A DNA stretch of 63,313 nucleotides, the filler included, from Collodictyon triciliatum (Eukaryota): assembly GCA_043381765.1 (NCBI GenBank). It is 6 parts of 6 records of this genome, joined end to end, with 100 filler letters (N's around TTAATTAATTAA, not from the genome) between each part and the next. Parts side by side here need not be neighbours in the genome. Positions count along the whole stretch, not along the records: positions 26,331 to 39,388 come from JBHJMP010002058.1; positions 39,489 to 52,530 come from JBHJMP010002059.1; 4 more parts are not named here. One strand, written 5' to 3'. Each line of letters starts with the position of its first letter. Position 1 is the stretch's first letter. The translations under genes and the position numbers were made by a program. Shown piece after piece: positions 26,331-39,523 of this stretch. The notes under the pieces are model-generated. The model was not told where the DNA came from, did no database searches, and worked only from the letters and a program-made list of their open reading frames with translations.

Positions 26331-26460
26331 CACACTCACTCACTCACTCACTCACTCACTCACTCACTCACTCACTCACTCACTCACTCACTCACTCACT
26401 CACTCACTCACTCACTCACTCACTCACATAACAACCGCCCTGATCCGCCCTGATCTGCAG

Positions 26461-27115
26461 CATCGCGCTGGGGGCATCGTCTCTCGGGGTTGTGGGGATC
26501 TACCCGGCGATGAAGCGCGTGACGTTCTGGCCGCAGGCTGTGCTTGGGCTCGCATTCAACTGGGGCGCCCTTGTCGGGTGGGCAGCGGTGCACGGGAGTC
26601 TGCATCTGCCCGCCGTTGGCCCGCTGTATCTCGCGGGCGTGGCATGGACCATCCACTACGACACAATCTACGCCCACCAGGACAAGACGGACGATGTGCG
26701 GGTCGGCGTCAAGTCCACGGCGCTGCGCTTCGGGCCCGCCTCCAAGCGGTGGCTCGCGCTCTTTTCCGCCGCGACAGTCGGAGGCCTGGCGCTCTCCGGT
26801 GTGGCGTGCGACCTTGCGTGGCCTTTCCATGCGTCGCTGGGTCTGGCGGCTGCGCATCTGGCGTGGCAGGTTGCGGCTGTGGACTTGGACTCTCGTGCAG
26901 ACTGCATGGACAAGTTTGTCTCGAACAGGGTTTGTTGTTGTTGTTTTTGTTTGTTTTTTACGGGTCTATCTTCTCTTGTCAATAATTCCTTCTTGTATGT
27001 ATGAACATATGTGCATGAGTCTGTGTGTCTGTGATGGTTTGGTTCTCTGTTGTGATAGGACTTTGGCGCAATTGTGTTTGCGGGGATTCTTGCGGCAAAG
27101 TCGGGGTTGTTCTAA
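26461..27115 (+). CDS. COQ2: 4-hydroxybenzoate polyprenyltransferase (UbiA family), last two exons, 5' partial
   Basis: YPAMKRVTFWPQAVLGLAFNWGAL, YDTIYAHQDKTDDVRVGVKSTALRFG; last exon DFGAIVFAGILAAKSGLF*. Confidence 0.92.
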
Positions 27116-27476
27116 AGGCTCTCGCGTCCGGAGAGTCTGGAGCAGAGTGTAGTTGGAAACTGAAGGGAGACAGGCGTGGGGTTTGGACTGCTTCAAATGC
27201 TGCGTCAGTTGCTTTTGTCTGAGGAAATAAAAGTGTGCAAATCAAGTGTTTTAAACGGGGTCTCTATTGTGGTTGTCCATGAAATGCAAGAAGCAGTAAA
27301 GACATGTTTTCAAAAGGCTCAGGTCTGTGTGATGTCTTTCAATTTGTGTTGGTATTTGCTTTCGTCCTGTTTATGTATATGCTAGAGTCAGTGGGGGGTG
27401 ATGGTCTTCTTCTGCATTCGTGTGGCTCCAGAACTTTCCCGCTCTTCCCTGTTGCCTCGAAAGCCTTGAAGGCCTC

Positions 27477-29065
27477 TCAGTTCTTCTGCTGCTCGAATTC
27501 AACCAAGACGCCGTTGCAGTCCTTGGGGTTGAGGAAAATCACCTGCCATCCATTTTTATCTGCATTCAGTGCGCATAACACAATCGAAATGTGGGACATA
27601 ATGATGAGGAGCCGAGGACGTAGTCGCTGCTCTTGTCTACTTCAGCTTTCTTTTCTCTTTCTTTTTCTGGGTCTCAGTATTTTCATCTCATTATCTTTCC
27701 TCTTTTTTTTCTTTTTTTTAGTGGTGTAAAGTATTACGGGTTTTCCGTGTGCGCCAATCTTTGGGACAGGATTCAATGGACGAACTTTATTTTCCGCCAT
27801 TTGAGCAGCGGCCTTTGTGGCATCATCAACCTAAAAGAATTGCGTTGGATTGGATTGGATTGTTAATATCAGTCCCATATGCGTGCGAAACGTTTTTTAG
27901 CAGAAAGTTTCGTGATTATCGTGCTTGAATACAGTTCCGTCAGGATGAAAGAAACTGGAGTTAAAATGAGTCGCTTGGTTTTTTTTTCTATTTTTTACGT
28001 ATACCTCAACACAAATATGGTGGATTCCTCCGCTTGTGTTCTTTTGAAGGAACTTCTCGATGGGGCTGTTTGCGCCTATACAGAGACATTTTGACAAATC
28101 CAGATAAGCGAAAGCTCAGCTTTGAATCGTGTGAGAAATATAAGACGTGCGCTAATGAGCCCTTGTGTGAAACGCTCTTCCGTTGGCAAAAAAAAAAAGT
28201 GCTCAAAAATAGATACGATAGGGAATGAATGGTACCGTATGGCTTCAAAAGCTCGATGGTTGTGTTTCCAAGATCAACAAAGACGGTTATCACTCCATGC
28301 TCCTCGAGTGTCTGTTGGCCGTAGCATGATTTCAAAGTGATACATCGTGATGACCCAACATGACATAATATAGTTGCGGAAGTAAACAGAATATATGCAA
28401 GCAATGTTTCATGAAGTTGAAGTCGGGCTGGCTAATCCTACCAAAGGCTTGCTCACGCGTGCACCCATGACATTCTTGTAAAAGTTGGTTGCTTGCTCAA
28501 GGTCGGGTACAGCAATCGCCAGATGGTTCAGACGACCAATCGAGAACTTTGGCTTTTCTGTCTGTTCGATCCACTAAATCCCATATTGTAGTGAATGACT
28601 TGATTATTCTCTATGCGACGCATCATATCGACTGGTGGTATATTTTTCACAAAATCTTTTGCAAAAAAAAATACATAATAGTGTAAAGTCCGGTTATATA
28701 TGCATATTGGACAGAACAGACTATGAGTGCAAAAGAAGAGAGCGACTTCTGTACTCAAGATAATAGTTTTTTTTTCTTTCTTTGCAAAAAAAGAAAAGAA
28801 AAAGACGCGCCTTTTTCCACTCTTCACTTTCTTTTGGTCTGGTGTTCGTGCGTATGAAGAAAAGCCCAGACCAAACACATACAAAAAAAAAAAAGAACCC
28901 GCGTCTCATTTGTCAGAGACAATCAGCCAGTTCCCACAAGCACGCGGAAGCACAAGAGTTTGGTCGCGTGGAACTCACTTCGGGGTGTCTCTCGGCAAAG
29001 GAGCGCAGCGGAATGGAAGCCTTTTGTCCTTGGGCAAGTCCTCGGAATGAACGGAGCAAACTCAT
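27477..29065 (-). CDS. MCEE: Mitochondrial methylmalonyl-CoA epimerase, 6 exons
   Basis: Presequence-like MSLLRSFRGLAQ; GRLNHLAIAVPDLE, EHGVITVFVDLGNTTIELL, SPIEKFLQKNTSGGIHHICVEVDD, KIGAHGKPVIFLNPKDCNGVLVEFEQ. Confidence 0.95.
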
Positions 29066-29816
29066 CGGAATCGGTGGCCTGTGTGGTTTTTCTCTGCGTG
29101 TGGGTTTCGCCATGAGTCAGACGCGTGTCAAAATAATAGTTTATTATTTCACAGCAGCATAGACACTTCTTGTCTCGACCAAATAGACAAAGAAATACAA
29201 AAAGAAAGAAAAATGGTGAAGAAGCTCGACTGGAGGATAATTACGCCCTTCGCAACACAGACACGCTCGCAGCCATTCGACCGACGAGAGAACAGGATAC
29301 TTGAGCAATTGGTCGCTGCTTCGGTTGGCTTGCGTCGATTGGTTTCTGTGCGTGTGCTGATTGTTTGCGTTTGTTATGGTTTTTTCATCGAATCGTCAAT
29401 GAATCTAGTTTTATCTGGAATTACACGCAATTACAACGAGGCGTGACGTGAGCATTTGCCACCGCGTGCTGCAGAATCTGTTTCCATTTGCGATGGTTGG
29501 TCTTTTTCCATTTGTGGGATTTAAATATAAAGTGCGAAACTGGCGCCAATCTCAGCTTATTCACCTCAGTGCACAATAAATAATTTGCACGTCGGCCGAA
29601 ACGGAAGGACACATTGGCAGATCTGGCCAGTGACCCAAGGACAAGGCCGGCGTTACGCCCTCCATTGTACCCGATGATGTCGTGTGATATCTACTGTTTA
29701 TTCATCGACTCTGGGATTGCAATATTATTAGTTGACAGAAAGCATCGTGTCTCTCGCATTAACCATTCACCCAAAAAGAGACACACAATCAGGTCGCTTA
29801 GGACACCTTCGTCTCT

Positions 29817-32784
29817 TCAACGAACGCGTATGGCATTTGCTGATGGAGCAGCACCCCGCGCGTTGGATGGACCGGACGACTTTACAACCGGAGCGCTTTG
29901 CTTCGCACCAGCTTTTGTGCCCACGGCCGTGCTTTGGCTGGGTGGGGGTGGTGCTGCTGCTGCTTTGCCCGAAGGTTTGGATTTTGTTTGTAGCTTAGCA
30001 CAGATTGGAATGTGTCGATCTGCTGCATTTTCATTAAACTTCCGTCCGCAGTGCTAGTGAACAAAAAAACAAAAACAAAAAAAAAAGCACTCAGCAAGAG
30101 TCGAGTCTTGGATAATTTAACGAATCCTATTAAGAGCATTGTTTGCATGCGAAGCGAAAGAGAAAAAAAACGAGTGTACAGAGTTATTACTGGACACGCT
30201 TTCTTTCCGTCATCTTCTACGGCTGCACCTTCATACAGAGGCTCCGATGGCACAGAACCTCCACCTTTTGCAGCGCGGATGGCGTTAATAAAGTTCATTC
30301 GGTCTCGCTTCCACTTGGCCAACTTTTGTGGTTGGTTCTCTCCCTGTGCCTGCGCTTGTGCTTTCTTTTCTTTCTTTTGAGCTTCCTAGGTTTCCCAGGG
30401 TTCGTTGTTAATGAAACAAAAAGGGTTTAAAAACATGTATGATTCGTTAGATGATATGCAAATATCATATGTATAATTGAACCTTGAAGAGCTTCATAGC
30501 ATCTGGCTCAAGGCGCTGCTTCGTGGGGTCAAATACTTTCCGCTGTTTCTTTGATACCTTGGAGCACACCCTTTCGTGTACCTTGATTCTGTCCGCGGCA
30601 AATTTTCTTCCGCATGAACCACATTCCACTTTCTCAACATCCCCGTCTTCTCCGTTGCCCTGGTCTTCATCGTCTTCTTCCTGATTAGGATAACCGTAAG
30701 CACTGTATTCATTATCCTCTCCCTCGTCATCATCTTGTTGCTCTTCGTGCTCGTCTTGTCGATGCGGAGGGTACCCTTTCTCAATCTTTTTTCTATTACC
30801 AAATAATTTACAATGCAATAGGCCGATAAGAACTTTCCGATGAATAAAAGTGCGGCAAGCACAAAAAGTAGAGACTGAATGAATGATAGCGATTCAACAC
30901 GAATACCAGAATTAAGAAATAGCATACCCATATTCCAACGCGTGCTGCATTCTATTCGACCCAGATGTCGGTCGATTCCGCCCCACTTCTGAGCGTTTCT
31001 GTACATGACGGACAGGCTCCGGCTCCGGTTCAGGCTCCGGCTCTGGTTCTGGAACATAAGAGGCCTTCTGGACATTTCCTCGAGCCGAAGCCTTTGGGGC
31101 TCGACTAGGCTTTCCACTGGACTTGCTGTATCCCGAGGCGGCATCAAATGGCACTTCAGAATCATGTTGGTAATATCCTTGCGCACCTGGATTCGAATGA
31201 ATCCCTGATGGTGCGTAGGAATCCATAGGATTTGCCTGGTCATCGGGGACGCGGCGAGAATCCTGCGTGCGCTTCGAACGCTGCTTGACTCTGGCCGCGG
31301 CCTGCAGGACTGCACCATCTTCTTCTGCACCATCTGCATGGGGAAGGTGTCGCCGCCGCATGGACGCATTCGACGGTACGTAATTGGCATCCTCCTGATC
31401 TGCATGCACGTTTTGTTGTTTGGTTCGATTGGACAGGTCGCCACGGGTGGGTTGCTGAGGCAAATTAGCATTGAGGTTGGCTGGTGCACTTGCAGCAGAC
31501 GAAGCCGAGTTTGCAGACGGGCGCAGCTGGACCGGGTTTATCGGGGCTGTTGCATAGCCATTCGCAGCCGCTGCGTGGTCGGCCTCGTGCTCGATGTTGG
31601 CCGAGTGGGAACGACCAGCACGTCTGCGGGACGGATTGGCCGGTCCATTGGCCATTCCAGCGTCTGGTGACTCCCGGTCATCGCGGCGACGGCCTGAACC
31701 TGGCGAGTTGCTCCCCGATACTGTTTGGACGTGACCGCGCACACTGCGGATCAGCGTGTGGTCTTCCTCAAGCATGCGCAGAAGCACCTCCTTGCAGACA
31801 TCGGGTGACATCTTTTTCAGGTCGGCCATGGAAAAATGGCTTCCTGATGAGACACCCTGGGGAGCTGCTGACCGTTCTTCATACGAGTACGGACGCCCGT
31901 ATCCGTATGGAGCTTGGCCGCCTTTGGGGCCTGGATTCATTGTGTTTGTGCCTGCGTATCCTCGCCCAACAGGTGGGTTCGTTGCATAGCCACGATCCAC
32001 CATTGCGTGCGGATTCCCGGGTGCATAGTGCGGTTCATAATATCCTGAAGAGGGCTGCTGTTGCTGCTGGTACTGCTGGTCATAGTACCCGCCCGTATTT
32101 CCTTGCTGTGGGTAGTTGTAGTACGAGTTTGAAGTTTGACGGGCTGGATAGTCATATGTAGCTGCGTCTTGGTGGCCGCGGCGGCTGATGAAGTGCGAGA
32201 CATGTATGAGTGTATTTGGGTGTCATTATACTTTCATGTAGACGCATACCCATAAGTCCCACCCATCGATCCGTCATTACTAGGATAGGCTGCTGGATAT
32301 TGTGTTTGCGGCTGTGCTGGGTAATCATCCCGAGAATAACCTTGGTTTACTGCCCTTGCGGGAATCGGGATTGGGTCGTTCCATTGCTAAGTTTGTACAT
32401 TTGGTTAATCAGAGACAAAATAAAATAATAAATGCTACAGTTCACAACAGAGTCCGACTTCCTATCACTTTGGCCAAGTGAATTTTCATTACAAGAGGTG
32501 AATACAAAGGAGGGTGAGGTAATGGTATATGAATCATCAAAATCGAGGCTTACTTGCTCTTGTGCTGGTGCTAGTGCCGGCTGAGTGGATGGGTCTAATA
32601 GTGAGCGGTGATTGTGTTGATCACAGAGCATTTATTTTAGACATCCACATGTATGCAATAAAATAACTAAAAAGGCACCCCCATGAAATCTATCGTCTTT
32701 CATGAGTCTGGCTCTTTCCATCTGCTCCTTGCGCTTCTGGGCCCAGTTTGTGGCAGCTTGGCTATTTTTTGAGGCGGTTGACAT
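29817..32784 (-). CDS. Zinc finger C2HC domain protein (ZC2HC1/FAM164-like) with long disordered N-terminus, 7 exons
   Basis: CGSCGRKFAADRIKVHERVC..RKVFDPTKQR, KWKRDRMNFINAIRAAK, CPHCGRKFNENAADRHIPIC; splices in frame from MSTASKNSQAATNWAQKRK. Confidence 0.82.
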
Positions 32785-33869
32785 TGGATGTTGAGGAAGT
32801 GGTTGTCTACAAGAGGGATTTGACTTAGTCTCCTGCAAAGAGCGACCCTGAACCACAATAATATATTCAAATCTATCTTGCTGACTGAGGGGTTTTAACG
32901 GTTTAATGCCGGTTCGTTTCGAAAGACCATTCATAAGAATAAGTATGCAGAAATGATGACAGTGGTGGGCAAGCACTAGCTTTGAAAACTTGAGCTTCGT
33001 TGTATTCCTCTTTGTTTTGGCACAATTCGGAGGTCAAAGTAAAAAAAAAAAAAATAACGAGTAAAGAGTTTTGGCTGTGAAGCATGTATTCGTGATCAAG
33101 TAGGGATTTAGGCTAAATGAGTTTGACTTACGCACAGTCGAACTTATGAAGCCTTGTTAGAATGCAGGAAGGGCACTGAGGCAATACAAAAACCCAAGCG
33201 ACTTGCGGCACTGAGAAGGAAGCGACACAGCGAGTATATCTACAAAACTACCTCAAGAGAAATAAGGATACGCCCTTTTTGTAAGCCTGCTTATAGTGTG
33301 GCAGCCCTGGTAACTTTCGAATATTCGGCACTCTGCTCCCTGTCACGCCGGGAGTCGCAGGCAACAGCTCCGATCTGGGGCGATCTTTTTGCAAGCAGCT
33401 CGCTGGGTGATTCATCTTTTGTCGTTGCGGATATTTCTTTAACTCCTCCGAATGGTGTTTGAACACCAGCATGAGATGTATATCTCGGTATTACCGCGTT
33501 GTACTAACTTATGGAATTATTTGAATGCAACATTATGCACAATATTTACATGCATTACTGCTTAATGATCAATTAATAAAAATGAGGCTAAAAAATCTTT
33601 ATAGAATATAATATATTATATTTTCCAACTTTGTATAATACATTATATAATACATATATAATAATATGTATAATTATACAATAATGAAAGTTATTTATTG
33701 GTACATGCAGTATAATTATGAAATACTATTCTAAATTCCACATTATATTTACAATTATGGGAATAGATTTCCTAAACGGAAAGATGAGAGTCTCCCACAG
33801 AAACATCAAAGAAGCACGAATCACACGACACACAACGCACATACAAAGCCAAGTGTTACGGCGCCCTGC

Positions 33870-35445
33870 ATGGACATCCAAGTCGGACTTGAGGGAAGCC
33901 TGTCATCCTGGGATGCAGAGACCTTTCAAAAGACGCGCCTGTGTGCCATCGACAGCGACACCGCCTCCGAGAACGACCCGTGTGAGGCTGCCGATCCGTC
34001 GCTTCAGCCTTTGGGTTTGCAGTTGCATATTGATACTTGAGGCCAGATATACAGAGATGTGCTTCTGCTGGTCTTCATGGAGAAGCACTAGACATGTGAC
34101 AACATCAAAGGGGAGAAAAATCATGCTATGCTAATGTTTTCGTAATTCTGCTGTCTTTTTTTCCCTTTTTTTTTCTTCTTCGTTCTCTCGTCCTCGCCTT
34201 TCGCTGGGTGTTGAATGCTTCTGTGGATGTTCATGTAAAGTCTGCGAGTGCCCAATCATCAATGGTGCGGATGGAAAACCTATGCCGGCCAGTCTTCGGC
34301 TGATTTTCCCACAGCATGTCCATGTGCTCCGGGTGCGTGTCTTCAGTTCGTCTCGAATCCTGGAGCTGTACGATGGTGATGCACAGTATATCGGCACGAC
34401 GCAGCGCGGTCAAAGCATCATGGTAGAATCGGCTGGCCTTCATATGACTAGCTTTCAATGGAGTCCACACCTGTTTCGCAAGGGAAATCTTTTGGTCAAA
34501 GTACTTTGCGCTTAAAGCTTAGGATACATAGCCACTGATAGCATCATAATATGTACCTCTGTTTCATACTAGTTTCTATCGTTGGCCGAGAAGGCGACAT
34601 TTGTTCTGCACAAGATTATACTTGTTGTTAAGACAAGCAATCTCGAGCAAAAGCTTCCACCTAGCCTTAATGTACCAGATTTACCTATGTAATCCATATG
34701 AACCAAATATGCTTTTCATTTTTTAGAACTTCCTTTCTGTATTTTTCATGCATCTGACATGCTACTTGATGGTCACTAAAATAAGTTACATTATTGGATA
34801 AAATCAAAGCCTCCGAATGTCGAGGGTATTACAGGGGTAGCTGGATTACTGCCAATGGCTGTGCAGATGATGGGCACTCACTCACAAATGACTCAAGACA
34901 TAGCAAGGGGCGTAGTGTCAGAGCAAATAAAAGGTAAGTCTGGAACAGGTTGATTATTATTCTTTGATAACATGTTTCCTTAAGTTGCCCTTTTTTAAGC
35001 ATTGTATCTTGATGGAAAAAAAAAGACAACGATGAGAAAACGTGCTTTTCTAAAATTCAACACTTTTCCCCCCAAGCGTACACAACTTCATCGGCACCGC
35101 AAATGGCTGCACCTAAACAAGTTGAAAATTCAGTTGTAGATGGTTTGCATCATTATTTTCTATATCAACAGCAAACGGTTGAATGATCAAATATACATTT
35201 TAATCAGAGATAACAATTTTTTTACACGAAATGAAATACAAGCAAAATATCATTTTTCAATTGAATTAGAATATCCACTTGCAATAGAAAAAATAAGACA
35301 AATGGAGTCGAGACTGGAGCAAAAAATGGCGATTGCTCTTTTGGAAGTAGAAAAGAGGGTATTGGCAAAGGTTGAGCAGTTGATTGATGACCGATTCGAC
35401 TCTCTCACCTCTAAACTTTTTGATGCTCTAGACCCAAGCCAATAA
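33870..35445 (+). CDS. C10orf88/PAAT-like protein, 6 exons
   Basis: N-terminal LSSWD; VFSSSRILELYDGDAQYIGTTQRG (cf. SSARNMEVYLGEEYCGTSRG); KFLSLAEKATFVLHKII; C-terminal coiled coil LEVEKRVLAKVEQLIDDRFD. Exons join in frame. Confidence 0.65.
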
Positions 35446-35662
35446 ACATTTTTTCTTTTGTTAAATGTACACGGAATACACTATCTCGTGGTTTTTTTTC
35501 CAAGAAGATAAAAACCTCATTCATCGCATCGAGATTATGTGAAAATATAATCTTTTCTTTATTTATTTCAAGGTTTTCTGACATAATGTTTTTTTTTTGA
35601 TGTACAGGCTACAACAATATTGTTAAGAGGGATGTTTTCTTTTTATTAAAGGATTCAATCAG

Positions 35663-38600
35663 CTAATGAAATAAGGTGGATATAAAGTTATTCGAGATGT
35701 CCAGAATAACTAGATTCGTTAGAAGGGTTATTTCATATGGAAGAGCAGAAAGTCGATTGCCAGAGATATGTAGACCAGTAAGACCTGTTAGGCCATATAT
35801 CTCTGCAGGTAACGTGTAAATTCTGTTATTTGACACATTGAAAGATATCAAACCTGTAAACTCGTATATTTCGGAAATTGATGGTATCGCATTATAAGAA
35901 AGATTAAGTGTAGCTAGCTTTGTTATTTTCGATGCAGCAATTGGAAATGCCGTAAATTTGTTTCCTGATAAGTTGAGGGAAGTTATATGCTTCAAATCCA
36001 ACAAAGCCGTGGGAATTGCAGATATCTAGTATGTAATAGAAATGATAAATCATTAAGATGAAGAATAATGATTAGGAAGGGTCCAAAATCAAATTGTTCA
36101 AGAAATACCCAAAGGAAATTACCCTATTATCTGATAGATCAACTATTGACTTTTCTGGTAGCAGATTAAATTCTGAAGGCAATTCTTTCACACCTTTATC
36201 CGAAATAACAACTTTGTCTTTGGTGAAAGAAATCGAATCGAGAAAGAGTTGCAAAGATGATTGAAATTTGTTTCTTTTCACGCTCATGACTTCAATATTC
36301 ACCATTTTCCTCATGCTCGGCAGACAGCTTACCTTTTTTTTTTAAATTAAATAAATAAATAAGTCAGTATCACATATTGTATTACTTATGAAGTATTTAT
36401 GGTAGTGTTATAGATATAATGTAAAGTCACTTGATTCAAATCCATGAGTAGCTGTTCAAGTGATGTCAAAATCGAAATTGCAGAGGGGATGGAAGAAAGT
36501 TTATTTTGTGAAGCGTCAAGTATTTGCAGTTGGGTTAGAGAAAAAATATCGGAAGGTAATGCTGACAAATGATTCCTGGAGAGGTCAAATACAAATATTT
36601 CTTGCAGGTTCGACAGCCCAGGTGGGAGCAGTTGTATCTGGTTGTTTCGAAATGTAAGGTGAATCCCATAAAAATTAAGAAATAAATTGTATTGCTGAGT
36701 AATTACCTTGTTATTTGATAAGTTCATATTACGCTTCACTGGAAGAAGCATAAGCTCCACTGGAATTTCTTTAATATTCTTTCCAGAAACCTTAATCGTG
36801 TCTTTGCTAAAATAAACAGATTCAAAAAACTGTTTTGTTTGCAGTGGAAACTTGTTCTTTTCAAGGCTTAGTCGTTGGATTTTGGTCATCCCTCTGAAAT
36901 TGGGGACTTGGGACACCTTGCGGATTAAAATATAGGGTTTTTTTTGTTAAAATAATAATATCATCCACAAAGTAAGGATATATAAGCTTTGATAGCTAAT
37001 TACTTCGTTCTCGTGGATCAGAAATAGTTCAAGGTTTTCCAACGCAGATATTCCAGGTGGTATTTGTGAGATTTTATTGGTGGAAACGTCCAAAGCAGTG
37101 AGTCGAGAAAGAGCGGAGAGTTCGGGTGGTAATGATGAAATACTATTTTTTGAAACATCGAGATGAACGACCTCCAACAACTTTGATATATCAGGAGGTA
37201 AGGACGATATCTAATATTTTGCAGATAACACAAATAAGTGTATGGAATGGTCATATTTCATATAATTATTGAATATTGACATGTTTACTAGGTGATTTTC
37301 AAGCTCAAGTTACCAAGTTGTTGGACACGTTTACAACCGCTTTTGATGGAAATGACATGAAATCAGATAGAAGCACTTTCAGACTCTTGTGAGATATATC
37401 AAGTTCATCTTTTCTAATAGCAACTGAATCAACCAATTCTTGTAATGAGTGTTGAAAGTGGTTTTGCTGAAGGTTAATTCTTTGGATATTAGCCATGGCT
37501 CTCATATCAGGAACATAAGAAATCTATTTAAAAAAACGATAAAAAAACAAACAAACAAACCAAAAACAACAAATAATTGAGCTAAAATATTTTACTACAT
37601 ACAAAAAGTGTTATTTTTTTTAAAATACCCGATTTCCATAAGCATCCAAATGTAATAATTTGGATAAACGCGATATCTCACGAGGAAGTTGAGTTATGTA
37701 GTTGTTTGATATTTTGAATGATAACAAATCAGTAAGGGATGCTATTTCTGGAGGGATTTCCCTAATCTTGTTATCAGATATCCAAAGGCTTGTTAGTTTT
37801 GTCAGGAGCGACACCTCACTAGGCAATGCCTCAATATCGCCAGGTTTGAAAGAAAGCAAGACACAATTCTCTAGCAAAACAACACCGGGGAATCCTCTGG
37901 GATTCAAAGAGAGAATGCTTTTACAACTCTGTTTTATAAAAAAAAAAGTATTATGAGAATCCATTTGGCAAGAAGAAATGGAAATGTCTATAACTTCAAA
38001 TATGTTACAGTTTCATAAATTGAATATGTCGAATGCTCTGGTTTAAATGAGATAGGAGGTATTTTCACGAGGGGACGGCTCAAAAATGATGCCATACATA
38101 TATACTGATTAAACAAGTGTGTCAAAATATTTGCAAGAAAAATACTTACACCCTTATTTACTACCATCCCACAAAACATATCCCTCAAGTGCTCGAGAGT
38201 TGGGCGACTAGTGGGAACCTGACTTAAAGCCATCCCGAGAATACTCTTGAGGTAATCGTTCTTTATGAAGTGAGAGTCGAATTGAAACTCTTTCGGTATT
38301 TTCTTTGCGACAAGCATCCAAATAATGCGTCCAATATCATAGACTCGGTTTCTTTCATATTCCACTATCCATTCTCGCGAGTTGACATATTCCGAATCTA
38401 CTTTGAAGGGGTCTTTTCCTCCCAATGAGACAGCAAGCTCTTTGCGTTTCGTGAACGAGATGTAATCACGCAATCGAACAGAGCCATCTTGTTTCAATAT
38501 AAGAGTGTCCAACTCCAGGTCGATCGCAAAGATTGCATGTCTGCAGAGAAAGATGACGGCGTTGCATATATCAAGACCTAGTCGCAGCACTTCCACCGCC

Positions 38601-38920
38601 GAAAAAGTGTTTTTAAATATGATGTCACTAAAGGAAGCAGCCTCGTCATATTCACATACAAGACATGCTGTATCTTTGTCCATATAGCCGCCCAGAAAAG
38701 CAGTGACATGCTGGTGAGGAGGGAGCCGGACTAGGCTACTCATTTTCTCCATTAAGCAAGCAATCTCCTTTGCAGTACAGTCCGGCAGTTTTCGGCGTGC
38801 TACAATGACAGGCTTCTCCGTGTCCCGGACAACTCCGCGGAACAGGCGGCAATCATCTCCGACTCTGATGAAATGCTGGAACACAACGTCGCTCTTTTGC
38901 AAGTGGACAAACTGGCTCAT
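35663..38920 (-). CDS. N-terminal pseudokinase with C-terminal leucine-rich repeats, 8 exons
   Basis: Kinase fold (HQHVTAFLG, LVCEY, GLDICNAVIFL, VYDIGRIIW, RPT) lacks the catalytic motifs. LRRs follow the LxxLxLSxNxI/LxxLP pattern. All seven introns are GT-AG and phase 0. Confidence 0.85.
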
Positions 38921-39079
38921 CTTCTTGTGCGTTTGCGTTGGTGTTGATGTTGGTTTGTGCGGCTCTGGGGGTATACCTTCGAGGAGACTGAGCGAAGGCT
39001 TTTTTTTTTTTTTATGAGTGCGGGTTTCATTGTTTTTTTTTAGTGGCAAGGTGATATGCTTCTTCAGTCAATTAGTAGC

Positions 39080-39388
39080 CTCCTCCTTGAAAGCGAACAT
39101 GCTTTGTGAGGAGTCTATCCAATTGCGCTTACCGGATAGCGAATGCCTTTGCCTGATCGCCTTCCGCACTGCAGAAAACGCCCGAAAGCTTCTGGAGCTG
39201 AAGCAGGTTAGTTTGAGCGATAATACGATCAGCTTCAGCAGAAGTAAACCAACAAAGACTTAGTGATACTCTACCAACTACCGCTGGATGTGTGGCCGCA
39301 ACTCCTTCGTGAGGAGCTGAAGCCGTTCAGACCGACCCACGTGGAGATCAAAAAAGACAAAGGCTTCTTCACAGACACGGCCGTGGTG
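39080..39388 (+). mobile_element. Decayed dispersed-repeat fragment (probable non-LTR retroelement ORF1), truncated by contig end
   Basis: Aligns by eye to 62076-62384 with long identical runs such as ccttccgcactgcagaaaacgcccgaaagcttctggagctgaagcagg; carries a frameshift/stop near 39260. Confidence 0.6.
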
Positions 39389-39488
39389 NNNNNNNNNNNN
39401 NNNNNNNNNNNNNNNNNNNNNNNNNNNNNNNNTTAATTAATTAANNNNNNNNNNNNNNNNNNNNNNNNNNNNNNNNNNNNNNNNNNNN
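39389..39488. other. Artificial contig linker
   Basis: N44-TTAATTAATTAA-N44. Confidence 0.97.

Positions 39489-39523
<35 letters not shown>

Noticed and set aside
26461-26929. High-GC COQ2 exon as bacterial ubiA contamination or recent transfer
   Set aside because: It has spliceosomal introns on both sides and eukaryotic COQ2 motifs, on a contig with other spliced genes.
36974-36981. Second ATATCCTT (minus strand) as a U12 donor
   Set aside because: It lies inside a GT-AG intron whose boundaries already give the exact 207/210-nt exon pattern; no matching branch site plus AC end.
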